The position numbers and the translations under genes are program-made. A model generated the notes under the pieces. It had not been told where the DNA came from. It ran no database searches and was given only the letters and a program-made list of their open reading frames with translations. From an uncultured delta proteobacterium (GTDB lineage Bacteria; Myxococcota; Kuafuiibacteriia; Kuafuiibacteriales; Kuafuiibacteriaceae), in contig CAWDML010000007.1 in NCBI GenBank assembly GCA_963803435.1, positions 160,001 through 224,000 on the forward strand: DNA of 64,000 bases. Direction: 5' to 3'. Positions 26,901 to 36,466 of the stretch are shown here, in pieces (the first letter of the stretch is position 1; each line of letters opens with the position of its first letter).

Positions 26901-29261
26901 ATGCCAGTCCTTCGCGTCAACGACCTTCCGGCCTTCCGCAACACTCCGCTCCTGGATCCCGATCGGGCCGGTCCGAACGAGCTCATGTCCGGTCCCGCGG
27001 CGGCGCTGGTGGCGAGGACTCTCCCGGCAGCGGACGTCCCCTTCAAGGATGTCAGCGACATCATCCGCCGGGCGGTCAAGGACAACGGCAATCGACCGAT
27101 CACGGATCTCAGCGATGCGGTGAAGCTGCTCGCGCAGTGTCCGCAGCTCAAGCAGCAGGTCGGGATGTGGTCCGAGCGGCTGTGCAACCTGCAGCCCAAG
27201 ATCCTCGAGACCGACCAGGTCGAGATCGAGTTCACGACCACGGTGGCCCTGCCGATCGATCACGGTACGGCGCGTCGCTGGAGTGTCGATCCGCTCACTG
27301 CCTTCCTGGATCTCATCCCGGAGGCGAAGGGCGTCCACATCGAGAACAACTCTTGGAGCACCCCGAACGGAGCACCGCTCACCGTCGCGATGATCCAGCG
27401 CGGCGACGATCCGTGGCTGCAGGATCTCGCAGACACCGGCTACAACTTCTCCGGTCACCGGACCGCCCCCGACCAGGGCCCGCAGTCGCACGAAGCTGCG
27501 CTCGAGGGGCTGAAGAAGCTCGTGATCAACGTCCCAGCGCGCGGTGTGCTCGTCAGCGGCACGCAGCCCGAGACACTCTACGACTTCGGCTCGGTCGTAT
27601 CGCTCACCGCGTACAACGCCGCCGGGGACGTCCTCGCGGTCGCGACCGTCAAGCCCAAGAACTCCAACCGCACCATCTTCACCCGCGGGGGCCAGCCGAT
27701 TCGTCAGGACGTGCAGCCCGGGGTCGACACGAACGGCCCGGCGGTCGACGTCGACCGCGTCAAGCTCGAGCTCTCGATGGTCGGCTCCAAGGCGCAGGCG
27801 GCGTCGCTCCTCTCGGCGGGCGCCGACGCGCCGGCCAACGGTGTCCGGATGAACGCGAAGCTCGAGGAGCAGGCGATCACGGAGCCCGGAGCGGCCGTCG
27901 AGTTCAAGCTCAACGGCGAGACGGTCGTGGCCGCCGAGATCCCGTTCTCGACGCGATTGAACGTCCCGGCCAGCGGCGAAGAGTCGGCGCTGGGCGTCCA
28001 TCGATACTTCGGCGGCGCCACGCTCGGCGCCATGATGAACGAGCAGGCGCAGCTTCAGGCGCAGGGGACCGACGCCGCCGGCCGTCTCAAGGGCGACGGG
28101 CAGCCCGCCGCCTTCCCGGCCTGGACCTTCGCGCTTCCCGAGCGGAACAGCACCACGATCGGCGGCATCAATCTCGCCGACACGCCGTATGACAACGCCG
28201 GCCACGCGTTCGCAGCGCCGGAAGGCGTGCGTCTGCAGGACCATCTAAAGACGCTCGGTCTCGACGTTCGTCAGGAGAAGATCACGAATTCGACCGATCA
28301 GATCTTCCACGTGACGGTCGGCCGGGACTTCGTGAAGGGCAATGAAAAGCTCGCGATCGACGTCGGCTACCGCGGCGCCGACGGCAACTTCGTGTGGGCG
28401 TCCGAGAAGGGCGAGTGCTCGAGGACCGAGCCGAACCTGGTGGAGCTGAACGGGCGCTCGCACGGCTTTGCCGTCCGCGTCCCGGACTCCGTGTATCGCT
28501 CCGGTGGTCAGAACGACGCGGCGCCGTTGTACATCAGGCTGTTCCGCCCTGGCACCAGCCGCAGCCTGCCCGTCTACCTCGGCTCGACCTCCTTCGACAT
28601 GAAGAAGATCGGGCTCGCGCGCGACCAGCTGAGCCAGCCGGATCAGATCTGGGAGGCGATGAAGGAGGTCGAAGCCAACTTCGCGGCGGCCAAGAACGCT
28701 GCGATCGGCGAGGGAAAGGTCATCGCGGAGCCGGTGACTGCCAACCAGCTCGACAGGATGCTCGAGGAGGGCCGGTCCTTCGACTTCGTGTACGGCGGCC
28801 AGGCCTACTCGGTGGTGAAGGACGAGGCGACCGGCAACGCCGTGCTGAAGCGTGATGCGCAGGTCATCAACCCGAACGCGGACGCGGTGCGCTATCTGAC
28901 GAACGACGACGTCGTTCCAAACGGTCACTTCGTGATCAGCCTGCAGGGTGTCGTCAACGGTCAGGCGCTCTACGTCAGCCCTGAGCACGGCGTACGGCAG
29001 GCCGCGTATCCGTTGCCCGAACCTCAGGGTGAGCACTCTTCGCCGCGCCAGGCGCGCCTCGAGTCGCTACTCGCCGTCGATGCCGAGCAGAACGCTGTTC
29101 ATCCCGATCTTCTCTGGGGCGGCCTCGAGATCCATGGCGAGCGTCTCAACAGCGACGTCGACAAGGACAAGCTCGTCGCTTCGCTCGGCGAAGATCGTCA
29201 GCGGGCGTTCGCGGATCTCCGCGCACGTTCTGCTCAGGACTGCGAAAAGGGCTGCGCCTGA
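26901..29261 (+). CDS. Hypothetical protein, 786 aa
   Basis: Long ORF with protein-like composition after an AT-richer intergenic region; no recognisable motif or signal peptide. Confidence 0.75.
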   Translation: MPVLRVNDLPAFRNTPLLDPDRAGPNELMSGPAAALVARTLPAADVPFKDVSDIIRRAVKDNGNRPITDLSDAVKLLAQCPQLKQQVGMWSERLCNLQPKILETDQVEIEFTTTVALPIDHGTARRWSVDPLTAFLDLIPEAKGVHIENNSWSTPNGAPLTVAMIQRGDDPWLQDLADTGYNFSGHRTAPDQGPQSHEAALEGLKKLVINVPARGVLVSGTQPETLYDFGSVVSLTAYNAAGDVLAVATVKPKNSNRTIFTRGGQPIRQDVQPGVDTNGPAVDVDRVKLELSMVGSKAQAASLLSAGADAPANGVRMNAKLEEQAITEPGAAVEFKLNGETVVAAEIPFSTRLNVPASGEESALGVHRYFGGATLGAMMNEQAQLQAQGTDAAGRLKGDGQPAAFPAWTFALPERNSTTIGGINLADTPYDNAGHAFAAPEGVRLQDHLKTLGLDVRQEKITNSTDQIFHVTVGRDFVKGNEKLAIDVGYRGADGNFVWASEKGECSRTEPNLVELNGRSHGFAVRVPDSVYRSGGQNDAAPLYIRLFRPGTSRSLPVYLGSTSFDMKKIGLARDQLSQPDQIWEAMKEVEANFAAAKNAAIGEGKVIAEPVTANQLDRMLEEGRSFDFVYGGQAYSVVKDEATGNAVLKRDAQVINPNADAVRYLTNDDVVPNGHFVISLQGVVNGQALYVSPEHGVRQAAYPLPEPQGEHSSPRQARLESLLAVDAEQNAVHPDLLWGGLEIHGERLNSDVDKDKLVASLGEDRQRAFADLRARSAQDCEKGCA

Positions 29262-29270
29262 GCCCGGGGA

Positions 29271-30545
29271 CTACGCCTTGTCCGCCAGCAACGGCGCCGT
29301 CGAGGGCTGCGCCTCGATCGCGCTGCCGAGGACGCTGAGCGCGCGGGGCCGGAAGAGGATCAAGCCGGCGAGCGCGACCTGGAAGATGCCGACGCCGATC
29401 GCGATCGTCTTCGAGAAGGGGATGCCGTTGGACTCGGTGATGTCGGCCATCGTCATGGGGACGAACGCGGCTGCGAATGCGCCGACGTGATAGACGATGC
29501 CCATGGCGCGGGCGCGGATCTCGGCGGGGAACAGCGTGTTGAGGAGGAGCGGGGTCACGCCGGCATAGCCCGCGCCGAGCGCGCCGCCCAGGAAGGCGCC
29601 CAGGCCCAGCAGATGATCGACGCTCCCGACGTACAGCGGGAGCGCGGGCAGGACCAGCACCGCGGGCAGCATGATCGCCACGGCGACGTTTCGGCGGCCA
29701 GCCGTGATGCCGCAGGCGACCGCGCCCACCATCATGCCGATGTTGAAGAGCGCGACGATGTTTCCCACGCGCGCCGAGTCGAGGCCGAGCTCGGTCTTGA
29801 GCATGGTCGGATAGAGGCCGGTGAGGCCGTAGTACGCGGAGAAGCCGAGGGCGAGGACCAGCGACGCCCAGATCATGCGGTGCAACACCGGCCGTGTGAA
29901 GCCGGAGGGCGCGGGCACGCCGGTCGCGCGCTGCCGGCGCTCGCGGCCCGCCTCCCACTCGGCGCTCTCCGGGACCCAGATGCGGATCGGCAGGACCGCC
30001 AGCGCCGGCACGGCGGCGACCACGAACACCGCGCGCCAGCCGAAGTGGGGCACCACCCAGCCGGCCACCAGGCCCGCGAGGAGGTAGCCGACAGCCCAGC
30101 TCCCCTGGAGGACGCCCGACGCGATGCCGCGGCTCCGCTGCGGCCAGTTCTCCATCGCCAGCGCGGTGCCGGCGGTCCACTCGGCGCCCATCCCGAAGCC
30201 GAAGAGGGTGCGGAGCACCAGCACGGCGGTGAAGGAGCCCGCCAGTGCGACCGAGCCGTCGCAGACCGCGAACCACACCATCGAGAACATCAGGGGGAGC
30301 TTTCGGCCCCACCGGTCGGCGGCGGCACCCGCACACCAGCCGCCGGCGAGACGGACCAGGAGCGTCAGCGTGATGGCGCTGGCGGTGGACGTGTGGCTGA
30401 CGCCGAACTCCTTCGCGATCTCCGGCATGACCAGGAGAAAGACGGTGAAGTCGAAGGCGTCGAGGACCCAGCCGGCCCACGCGGCGAAGAAGGAGATCCA
30501 CTGCGGTCGGGTGGGCTCACGCCACCAGGCAAGCCGATTGTGCAT
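29271..30545 (-). CDS. MFS transporter (sialate/carboxylate:H+ symporter-like)
   Basis: AWAGWVLDAFDF, ADRWGRK, FGFGMGAEW; about 12 hydrophobic segments. Confidence 0.9.
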   Translation of the reverse strand: MHNRLAWWREPTRPQWISFFAAWAGWVLDAFDFTVFLLVMPEIAKEFGVSHTSTASAITLTLLVRLAGGWCAGAAADRWGRKLPLMFSMVWFAVCDGSVALAGSFTAVLVLRTLFGFGMGAEWTAGTALAMENWPQRSRGIASGVLQGSWAVGYLLAGLVAGWVVPHFGWRAVFVVAAVPALAVLPIRIWVPESAEWEAGRERRQRATGVPAPSGFTRPVLHRMIWASLVLALGFSAYYGLTGLYPTMLKTELGLDSARVGNIVALFNIGMMVGAVACGITAGRRNVAVAIMLPAVLVLPALPLYVGSVDHLLGLGAFLGGALGAGYAGVTPLLLNTLFPAEIRARAMGIVYHVGAFAAAFVPMTMADITESNGIPFSKTIAIGVGIFQVALAGLILFRPRALSVLGSAIEAQPSTAPLLADKA

Positions 30546-30607
30546 CGCAACATCGCTCTCTAGTAGAGGCGGGCCTGGCCGTCAATAGGCTTGTTGCTAC
30601 GCAGCAA

Positions 30608-30964
30608 TCAGGGGACCGGGCGGCGCAGGCTCCCGGCGGCGAACGCGAGCACCGTCAGGAGGACCAGGATCAGGGCGAGGACCAGGTTGTGGAGCGACTC
30701 GGAGACGCCGATGAGCACCAGCGTCAGGTGCTCCGGCGGCGGCGCCGAGCTGGCCGCGCCCAGCGTCTTGATGATGCCTGTCAGCGTCCCCAGGGTGCCG
30801 GCGAGGACGGTGGCCAGCGCCAGCGCGATCGACGCGGGGTGGCGGGGCGTGGGCCGCCGCGCCTGGCGGAGCGCCTCGTAGAGCGCCCACACCCCGAACC
30901 CCAACGTCGGAAACATTCCGAATCCACCTTCCCGGAACATCTCAATCGCGCCCTGGAACATCAT
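30608..30964 (-). CDS. Small three-helix membrane protein, MotA/TolQ/ExbB-like fragment
   Basis: MFREGGFGMFPTL..GTLGTLTGIIKTL..IGVSESL. Confidence 0.6.
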   Translation of the reverse strand: MMFQGAIEMFREGGFGMFPTLGFGVWALYEALRQARRPTPRHPASIALALATVLAGTLGTLTGIIKTLGAASSAPPPEHLTLVLIGVSESLHNLVLALILVLLTVLAFAAGSLRRPVP

Positions 30965-31008
30965 TCTTCCTGGACAACGTCCATGCTGGTGCGGTTCCGG
31001 TTCGGGGC

Positions 31009-31647
31009 ATGCCATGGATGGTCTTCTCTCGGCTCGATCTGCCCCCTGCGAAGGCCCTCGAGGTGGTCCTGCGGGCGCGGCTGGCCGCGTTCGTCGAGCG
31101 ACACCCCAAGCCCGCCACGGCGTGGGCGTGCACCGTCGTGGCCCGCGGTCCGAAGGGCGTCAAGCGACCGCCGGAGACCGAGACGGTCTTCGTGATCGAT
31201 CCGGTGCCGGCCGAGCTGGAGAAGGACCCAGTGGCCGTCTCCATGACGCGGATGCTCTTGGAGCGCGGTGATCCGATCGACGTCGATTGGGACGGGACGC
31301 GCCAGGAAGCCGGCGAGGCGCTGACGATGCTGGATGCGCTCGAGGGCTCAGCCGCGCTCGAGGGCTTCGACGAGGACGACGCTCCGGAGGCGGATCAGGA
31401 CGAGGAGGAGACGCTCTTCGAGCGGGTGCTGGAGGCGATGCTCGACGCGTCGGAGGACATGGAGCGGGGGCTCGAGCTGAAGGAAGCGATCGAGGAGGCG
31501 AGCCCCAAGGCGCGCGCCTGGATGGAGTACGTGGTCAGGAACAACAACGTGGCCAGCGATGAGATGGTGGACCGTGCACTGCAGCTGGAGCCGGCCACGG
31601 CCGCGCGGGTTCACGAGGAGATCGAGGCGCTGCTCGCGGAGCTCTGA
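31009..31647 (+). CDS. Hypothetical acidic protein
   Basis: Fills the gap between neighbouring genes; D/E-rich helical C-terminal half. Confidence 0.65.
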   Translation: MPWMVFSRLDLPPAKALEVVLRARLAAFVERHPKPATAWACTVVARGPKGVKRPPETETVFVIDPVPAELEKDPVAVSMTRMLLERGDPIDVDWDGTRQEAGEALTMLDALEGSAALEGFDEDDAPEADQDEEETLFERVLEAMLDASEDMERGLELKEAIEEASPKARAWMEYVVRNNNVASDEMVDRALQLEPATAARVHEEIEALLAEL

Positions 31648-31648
31648 T

Positions 31649-32173
31649 TCACTCGCCGGTCGTCCCCTGGACCGCCATCTCCTGATTGCGGGTGATGCGA
31701 AACTCTGCGCGCCGATTCTGGGTCCAGGCCGTCTCGGTGGCGCCCCTCTGGAGCGGATGCTCCTCGCCGAAGGAGACGGTGGACAGTCGCGAGCGCGGCA
31801 CGCCCGCGGTGGTCATGTACTTGACGACCGCCTCGGCGCGGCGCTGGCCGAGCGCGAGGTTGTACTCGGTGGTGCCGCGATCGTCGCAGTGACCCTGGAC
31901 CTCCACGGTCAGCTGAGGAAACGCGCGCATGATCTCGACGTTCGATGACAACGCCCGCCCCGAGTCGGGCGTCAGCTGGACAGAGTCGAACGGGAAGTAG
32001 ATGCGGTTGAAGTTCTGTTTCATCTGGGCGACAGCCTCGGTCACCGTCGAGGGCGCCTTCTCGACGGGCTTGGCTACGACGGGCTTGGCTTGGGAAACCG
32101 GGAGGGGCTGGTCGACCTTCTGCTTGGCGGCACAGCCCGCCAGGAGGACGACGACCAAGAGGAGTTGCTTCAT
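31649..32173 (-). CDS. pal: Peptidoglycan-associated lipoprotein (Pal/OmpA family)
   Basis: Lipobox LLAGC; IYFPFDS..QGHCDDRGTTEYNLALGQRRA..SFGEE..NRRAEF. Confidence 0.85.
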   Translation of the reverse strand: MKQLLLVVVLLAGCAAKQKVDQPLPVSQAKPVVAKPVEKAPSTVTEAVAQMKQNFNRIYFPFDSVQLTPDSGRALSSNVEIMRAFPQLTVEVQGHCDDRGTTEYNLALGQRRAEAVVKYMTTAGVPRSRLSTVSFGEEHPLQRGATETAWTQNRRAEFRITRNQEMAVQGTTGE

Positions 32174-32187
32174 GGCGCGATACCGGG

Positions 32188-32203
32188 AGCAACCGACATG
32201 CCA
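32188..32203 (-). promoter_or_regulatory. Sigma-54 -24/-12 promoter for pal
   Basis: Minus strand reads TGGCATGTCGGTTGCT, about 15 nt before the ATG. Confidence 0.7.
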
Positions 32204-32302
32204 CCGGACGGCGCCCCGCGCCTGCGGCCGCGGGCGGACGGCGGGCGCGCATCCCGCAAGGGTGGGACAGGCAGATTGCCAGTGCTAGTCTCGGTCTCGA
32301 GC

Positions 32303-33670
32303 TTGCCTGATGCGCCCGTAAAGGCCCGGTTGCTGGTCGTCGACGATCATCTGGAGATGGCGCGGCTGATCGCGGACGTGCTCTCCGAGTCCGGTTACCA
32401 GGTCGATGTCGCCGATCGGGGTCGCACCGCCGTCGAGCTGCTCGAAAAGCGCATGCCGGACGCGGTGATCACGGATCTTCGGATGGAGGACGTCGACGGC
32501 CTGGACATCCTCCAGGCGGTCAAAGCGCTCGATCCCACGGTCCCGGTCATCATCATGACCGCGTTCGGTGCGATCGAGGACGCGGTGGAGGCGATGCGCA
32601 AAGGTGCGCACCATTACCTCACCAAGCCGTTCGAGATCGGGGAGATCGTCGCACACGTCGAGCGGGCGCTGATCGAGCAGCAGCTCGCGCGCGAGAACCG
32701 TGCGCTCCGCCGCCTGGCCGGCGTGCATCGCGCCGACATCGTCGGCGAGAGCCCGGTGCTCGGCAACGTGCTCGATCTGATCCAGCGCCTCGCCTCGGCG
32801 CGGACCCCCGTGCTGATCCGCGGGGAGAGCGGGACGGGGAAGGAGCTGGTGGCGAGAGCGCTCCACTTCGGTGGCGCCCGCAAGGCCGGACCGTTCGTCG
32901 CGGTGAACTGCTCCGCGATCCCGGAGGCGATGCTGGAGAGCGAGCTCTTCGGTCATCTCAAGGGCGCGTTCACCGGCGCGGATCAAACGAGGCGCGGGCT
33001 GTTCGTCGAGTCCGACGGAGGGACCCTGTTTCTCGACGAGATCGGTGACATGGCGCCGGGCCTACAGGCCAAGCTGCTGCGCGTCCTCGAGGATCGGGCC
33101 GTGCGTCCGGTGGGTGCGGACGCGCCGCGGCCCGTGGACGTGCGGGTGGTGGCCGCGACGCACCAGGATCTCGAGGCGCGGGTTCAGGAGGGGCGCTTCC
33201 GCAAGGATCTGCTGTTCCGGCTCGACGTGGTGCCGATCCACGTCCCTCCCCTTCGCGAGCGGAAGGACGACATCCCCCGGCTGGTCGAGCACTTCCTCGA
33301 CCGCGTGCGCCGCGATCACCCGGCGACCCGGTTGGTGCGCATCGCGCCGGACCTGATGGCGCGGCTCGTCGAACACGACTGGCCGGGAAACGTCCGCGAG
33401 CTGGGCAACCTGGTGGAACGGCTGGCGATCGTCAGCGATGGGGAGGAGGCCACCGTCGCCGAGGCGGGCGGCCTGCTCAAGCCCGCCGCGGGACCACCCG
33501 CGTTCACCGGCGACCGCATCCTGACGCTGCGGGAGATGGAGGAGTCGTACATCGGCTTCGTGGTCGAGCACTGCGGAGGGAACAAGTCGCGCGCCGCGGA
33601 GCTGCTGGGCATCGACGTCTCGACGATCCACCGGCGGACCAAGAAGGAGGGTCGCGGCCGGAGCGGGTGA
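32303..33670 (+). CDS. Sigma-54-dependent response regulator (NtrC family)
   Basis: REC (LLVVDD, TDLRM, TKPF), [28 protein letters not shown], Fis-type HTH. Start approximate. Confidence 0.93.
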   Translation: MPDAPVKARLLVVDDHLEMARLIADVLSESGYQVDVADRGRTAVELLEKRMPDAVITDLRMEDVDGLDILQAVKALDPTVPVIIMTAFGAIEDAVEAMRKGAHHYLTKPFEIGEIVAHVERALIEQQLARENRALRRLAGVHRADIVGESPVLGNVLDLIQRLASARTPVLIRGESGTGKELVARALHFGGARKAGPFVAVNCSAIPEAMLESELFGHLKGAFTGADQTRRGLFVESDGGTLFLDEIGDMAPGLQAKLLRVLEDRAVRPVGADAPRPVDVRVVAATHQDLEARVQEGRFRKDLLFRLDVVPIHVPPLRERKDDIPRLVEHFLDRVRRDHPATRLVRIAPDLMARLVEHDWPGNVRELGNLVERLAIVSDGEEATVAEAGGLLKPAAGPPAFTGDRILTLREMEESYIGFVVEHCGGNKSRAAELLGIDVSTIHRRTKKEGRGRSG

Positions 33671-33736
33671 GGCGTCGTGCGCGGATCGACTTGCACTTTG
33701 CCCGGCCCCCGGCGGCGAACCTCGGGGCTGAAGCGG

Positions 33737-33752
33737 TGGCATCGACCTTGCT
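33737..33752 (+). promoter_or_regulatory. Sigma-54 -24/-12 promoter
   Basis: TGGCATCGACCTTGCT, about 15 nt upstream of the ATG at 33767. Confidence 0.7.
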
Positions 33753-33766
33753 CGTGCGATCGCGCC

Positions 33767-34219
33767 ATGAGCGAACCCAGCGCCCCCCGGCGCAAGCCCC
33801 GCCACCGCCTCCTTCTCGGGTTCGAGAACCGGACCCGACTCCTGCTCGCCGAGGACGACTACGAGATGCGGGCCTTGCTCACGGAGGTCCTCTCCGAGAA
33901 CGGCTACGAGGTCATCGAGGCCACGGACGGTGTGGATTTAGCCATGCTCCTCCGCATCGACACGGCCGGCGCGCCCGAGATGAAGATCGACGCGGTCATC
34001 ACCGACGTTCGCATGCCCGGGCTCACCGGGCTCGAGATCCTCGAGGCCGTGCGCGAGGTCGACTGGAGCACGCCGATCGTCCTCATCACCGCCTTCCCCG
34101 ACGACGAGACGGTCGCAGAGAGCGTGCGCCTCGGTGCGGCCGCGCTGTTCGCCAAGCCCTTCGTGCTGTCGGAGTTCGTCGATACGATCCGAAACCTGGT
34201 ACCGGTGAGGCTCTCGTGA
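33767..34219 (+). CDS. Single-domain response regulator
   Basis: LLLAEDD..ITDVRMPG..LITAF..AKPF. Confidence 0.9.
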   Translation: MSEPSAPRRKPRHRLLLGFENRTRLLLAEDDYEMRALLTEVLSENGYEVIEATDGVDLAMLLRIDTAGAPEMKIDAVITDVRMPGLTGLEILEAVREVDWSTPIVLITAFPDDETVAESVRLGAAALFAKPFVLSEFVDTIRNLVPVRLS

Positions 34220-36261
34220 AGGCCGGCATCGTGGTCGTCGCCGGCTCGGCAGCGGCGATCATGATGGTTCTGGTGGTCGCCGACCACGTCCTGTCCGCGG
34301 ATCGCAACGACCTGCTCGAGGACCTGGCGAGGGATCGGCTTCAGGAGCTCCGGCAGACCGCGATCGAGGTCGAGGCGGACCTCGAGCAGGTCGAGGACGA
34401 CGTCGAGCTCTCGCGCACGCTCCTCCGCTCAGCTACCACGGCGTCCGACCGCGAGCGCGAGTTGCTCGCGATCATGCGAAACAGCCGGGAGCACCGGCTG
34501 GCCCGCGTTTACGACGAACAGGGCGCGCTCTCGTTCGAGATCGCCCGCGATCGCAACCCGATCCCGCCCCTCGCGATCGGACGCGTTCGGATAGAGATGG
34601 ACCGTCTGGTCGCGACCATGCTCCCCGGATCCGAGGAGGCCGGTGCGATCTCGTCCGATCCGATCGTCATCGACGATCAGGACCGCCTGCGCGTGATCGC
34701 AGTCGGATGGCGGAGGTCCGGCGGCGGGCCGGCCGGCGAGATCGCGCTGGCGGTGGACACCGGATCGATCCTGCGGCGGCTCCGGTCCGTCGCAGCCGAT
34801 CGCTCCACCCGTCTCTACTTGCTCGGACCCGAGGGCAGCCTCGAGCCCTTCGGAGACGGTATCGGGATCCCGCCGGCCGCGCTCGACTCGATCCGCGCCG
34901 TGGTCGAGGGCAGGAAGAGCGGCGTGGTACGGGTCCCGTCCGCGGCCGCGGAGCAGCTGGGGCTGGGCGACGACGAGGGCGTGGCGGCGTTCGTGCGCTT
35001 CGGGAACAAGAGCGCCCGGTATCTGGCGGCCACCGTGACCTCCTCGTCGATCATGCGGGAGCAGCAACAGGTGATCGTGAGGCGAGTGTCGACGGCGGCC
35101 GGCGCGCTCTTGTTGCTGTTCACGGGCCTCGGCGGGTGGGCCTTCGTCGGCGCACGCCGGTCGATCGCGCTCCGCGAGATGCTTCGACACGCCGAGCGCA
35201 TCGCCCACGAGCACGAGAAGGCGGAGAAGATCCTGGAGAGCGTCCCGACGCTGGTCGTGACCCTCTCCGCGGACGGTCGCGTCACCGCCGTGAACAGCGC
35301 GTTCGAGCAGCGCGCCGGATCCTGTGCGCTGGGCGGCCCCATCGAGACCGTCTTTCCGAAAGCCAAGCGCGCGTCAGTCGAGCGCGTCCGCTCGCTGCTG
35401 GCCGAGGCGAAGCGGACGCAGCGCCCGCGCGCCGAGTATGGGCCCAACCTGACCCTGTTCGGCGAGGAGGGTCAGTACAGCCTTCACGCGGCACCGCTCG
35501 AGCACCCGCTCACCGAGTCCGAGACACTGCTCGTGATCGAGGACCTCACACGGCTCGGCGCGCTGGAGGCGCAGCTCCTCCGCGCGGAGAAGCTGGCGAC
35601 CGTCGGAGTCCTCTCGGCCGGCGTCGCGCACGAGATCGGAACACCGCTCGGGATCGCGCGCGGACGGGCCGAGTTCGTGATCTCGAAGCTCGCGCCGGAT
35701 GACAAGCGTCGAGGTCATCTGACGCTCGTGCTCGAACAGATCGATCGGGTCACCCGCACGATGCGTCAGCTGCTCGATTTCACGCGCGCGCGCGCCATCC
35801 AGACCAAGCGCGTCGAGCTCCCCGCCGCCGTCGCCAACGTGTCCGAGCTGCTTCGATTCGAGCTGGAGCGTAAGAAGCTCGTGCTCGAGCTGGAGCTCGA
35901 CGAGGGCCTGTGGCCGCTGCGTGCCCAGCCCGACGAGCTCGAGCAGGTCCTGCTCAACGTCCTGCTCAACGCCTGCCACGCCAGCCGGGAGGGCGGTCGC
36001 ATCGTGATCCGGGCGTCGCAGGATCCGAGCGACGACGAGCTCCAGCTGGTGTGCGTCGAGGACTTCGGCGCCGGAATCCCGGCGCACCTCCGCTCGCGCG
36101 TGTTCGATCCGTTCTTCACCACCAAGAAGCGCGGGCAGGGGACCGGGCTGGGCTTGACGATCGTGCAGCAGATCGTGACGAACCATGGGGGTCGGCTCGA
36201 CCTCGAGAGTGAAGAGGGCACCGGGACGCGCGTCATGATTTGGTGGCCGACGACGCGATAG
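34216..36261 (+). CDS. Membrane sensor histidine kinase with PAS domain
   Basis: Two TM segments, H-box GVAHEIGTPL, NVLLNA, DFGAGI, FDPFFTTK, GTGLGL; GTGA overlap start. Confidence 0.92.
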   Translation: MKAGIVVVAGSAAAIMMVLVVADHVLSADRNDLLEDLARDRLQELRQTAIEVEADLEQVEDDVELSRTLLRSATTASDRERELLAIMRNSREHRLARVYDEQGALSFEIARDRNPIPPLAIGRVRIEMDRLVATMLPGSEEAGAISSDPIVIDDQDRLRVIAVGWRRSGGGPAGEIALAVDTGSILRRLRSVAADRSTRLYLLGPEGSLEPFGDGIGIPPAALDSIRAVVEGRKSGVVRVPSAAAEQLGLGDDEGVAAFVRFGNKSARYLAATVTSSSIMREQQQVIVRRVSTAAGALLLLFTGLGGWAFVGARRSIALREMLRHAERIAHEHEKAEKILESVPTLVVTLSADGRVTAVNSAFEQRAGSCALGGPIETVFPKAKRASVERVRSLLAEAKRTQRPRAEYGPNLTLFGEEGQYSLHAAPLEHPLTESETLLVIEDLTRLGALEAQLLRAEKLATVGVLSAGVAHEIGTPLGIARGRAEFVISKLAPDDKRRGHLTLVLEQIDRVTRTMRQLLDFTRARAIQTKRVELPAAVANVSELLRFELERKKLVLELELDEGLWPLRAQPDELEQVLLNVLLNACHASREGGRIVIRASQDPSDDELQLVCVEDFGAGIPAHLRSRVFDPFFTTKKRGQGTGLGLTIVQQIVTNHGGRLDLESEEGTGTRVMIWWPTTR

Positions 36262-36279
36262 GCCTCACAGCTTGCGGAC
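36249..36279 (+). repeat. 31-bp direct repeat, left copy
   Basis: GACGACGCGATAGGCCTCACAGCTTGCGGAC; 30/31 identical to 41211-41241. Confidence 0.9.
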
Positions 36280-36466
36280 GACAACTATGCGAGCAGCGAC
36301 GAAGGGTTGCTCCAGCGACCATCGGCCGCAGGTCTCGTATGAACGCAACTTCGCTCCTGGAGGCACTTTTTGGCGGTCGTGTCGGAGACCGAGCTCAACA
36401 ACTTTCATCCTCCGCCCCACCGGTGCCGGCTTCGTCGCCGGCACGGTTCGATGATAATGGCCGTAC

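Noticed and set aside
36423-36444. Intrinsic terminator (GTGCCGGC-TTCGTC-GCCGGCAC)
   Set aside because: The hairpin has no U-tract, and GC-rich stems arise easily by chance here.
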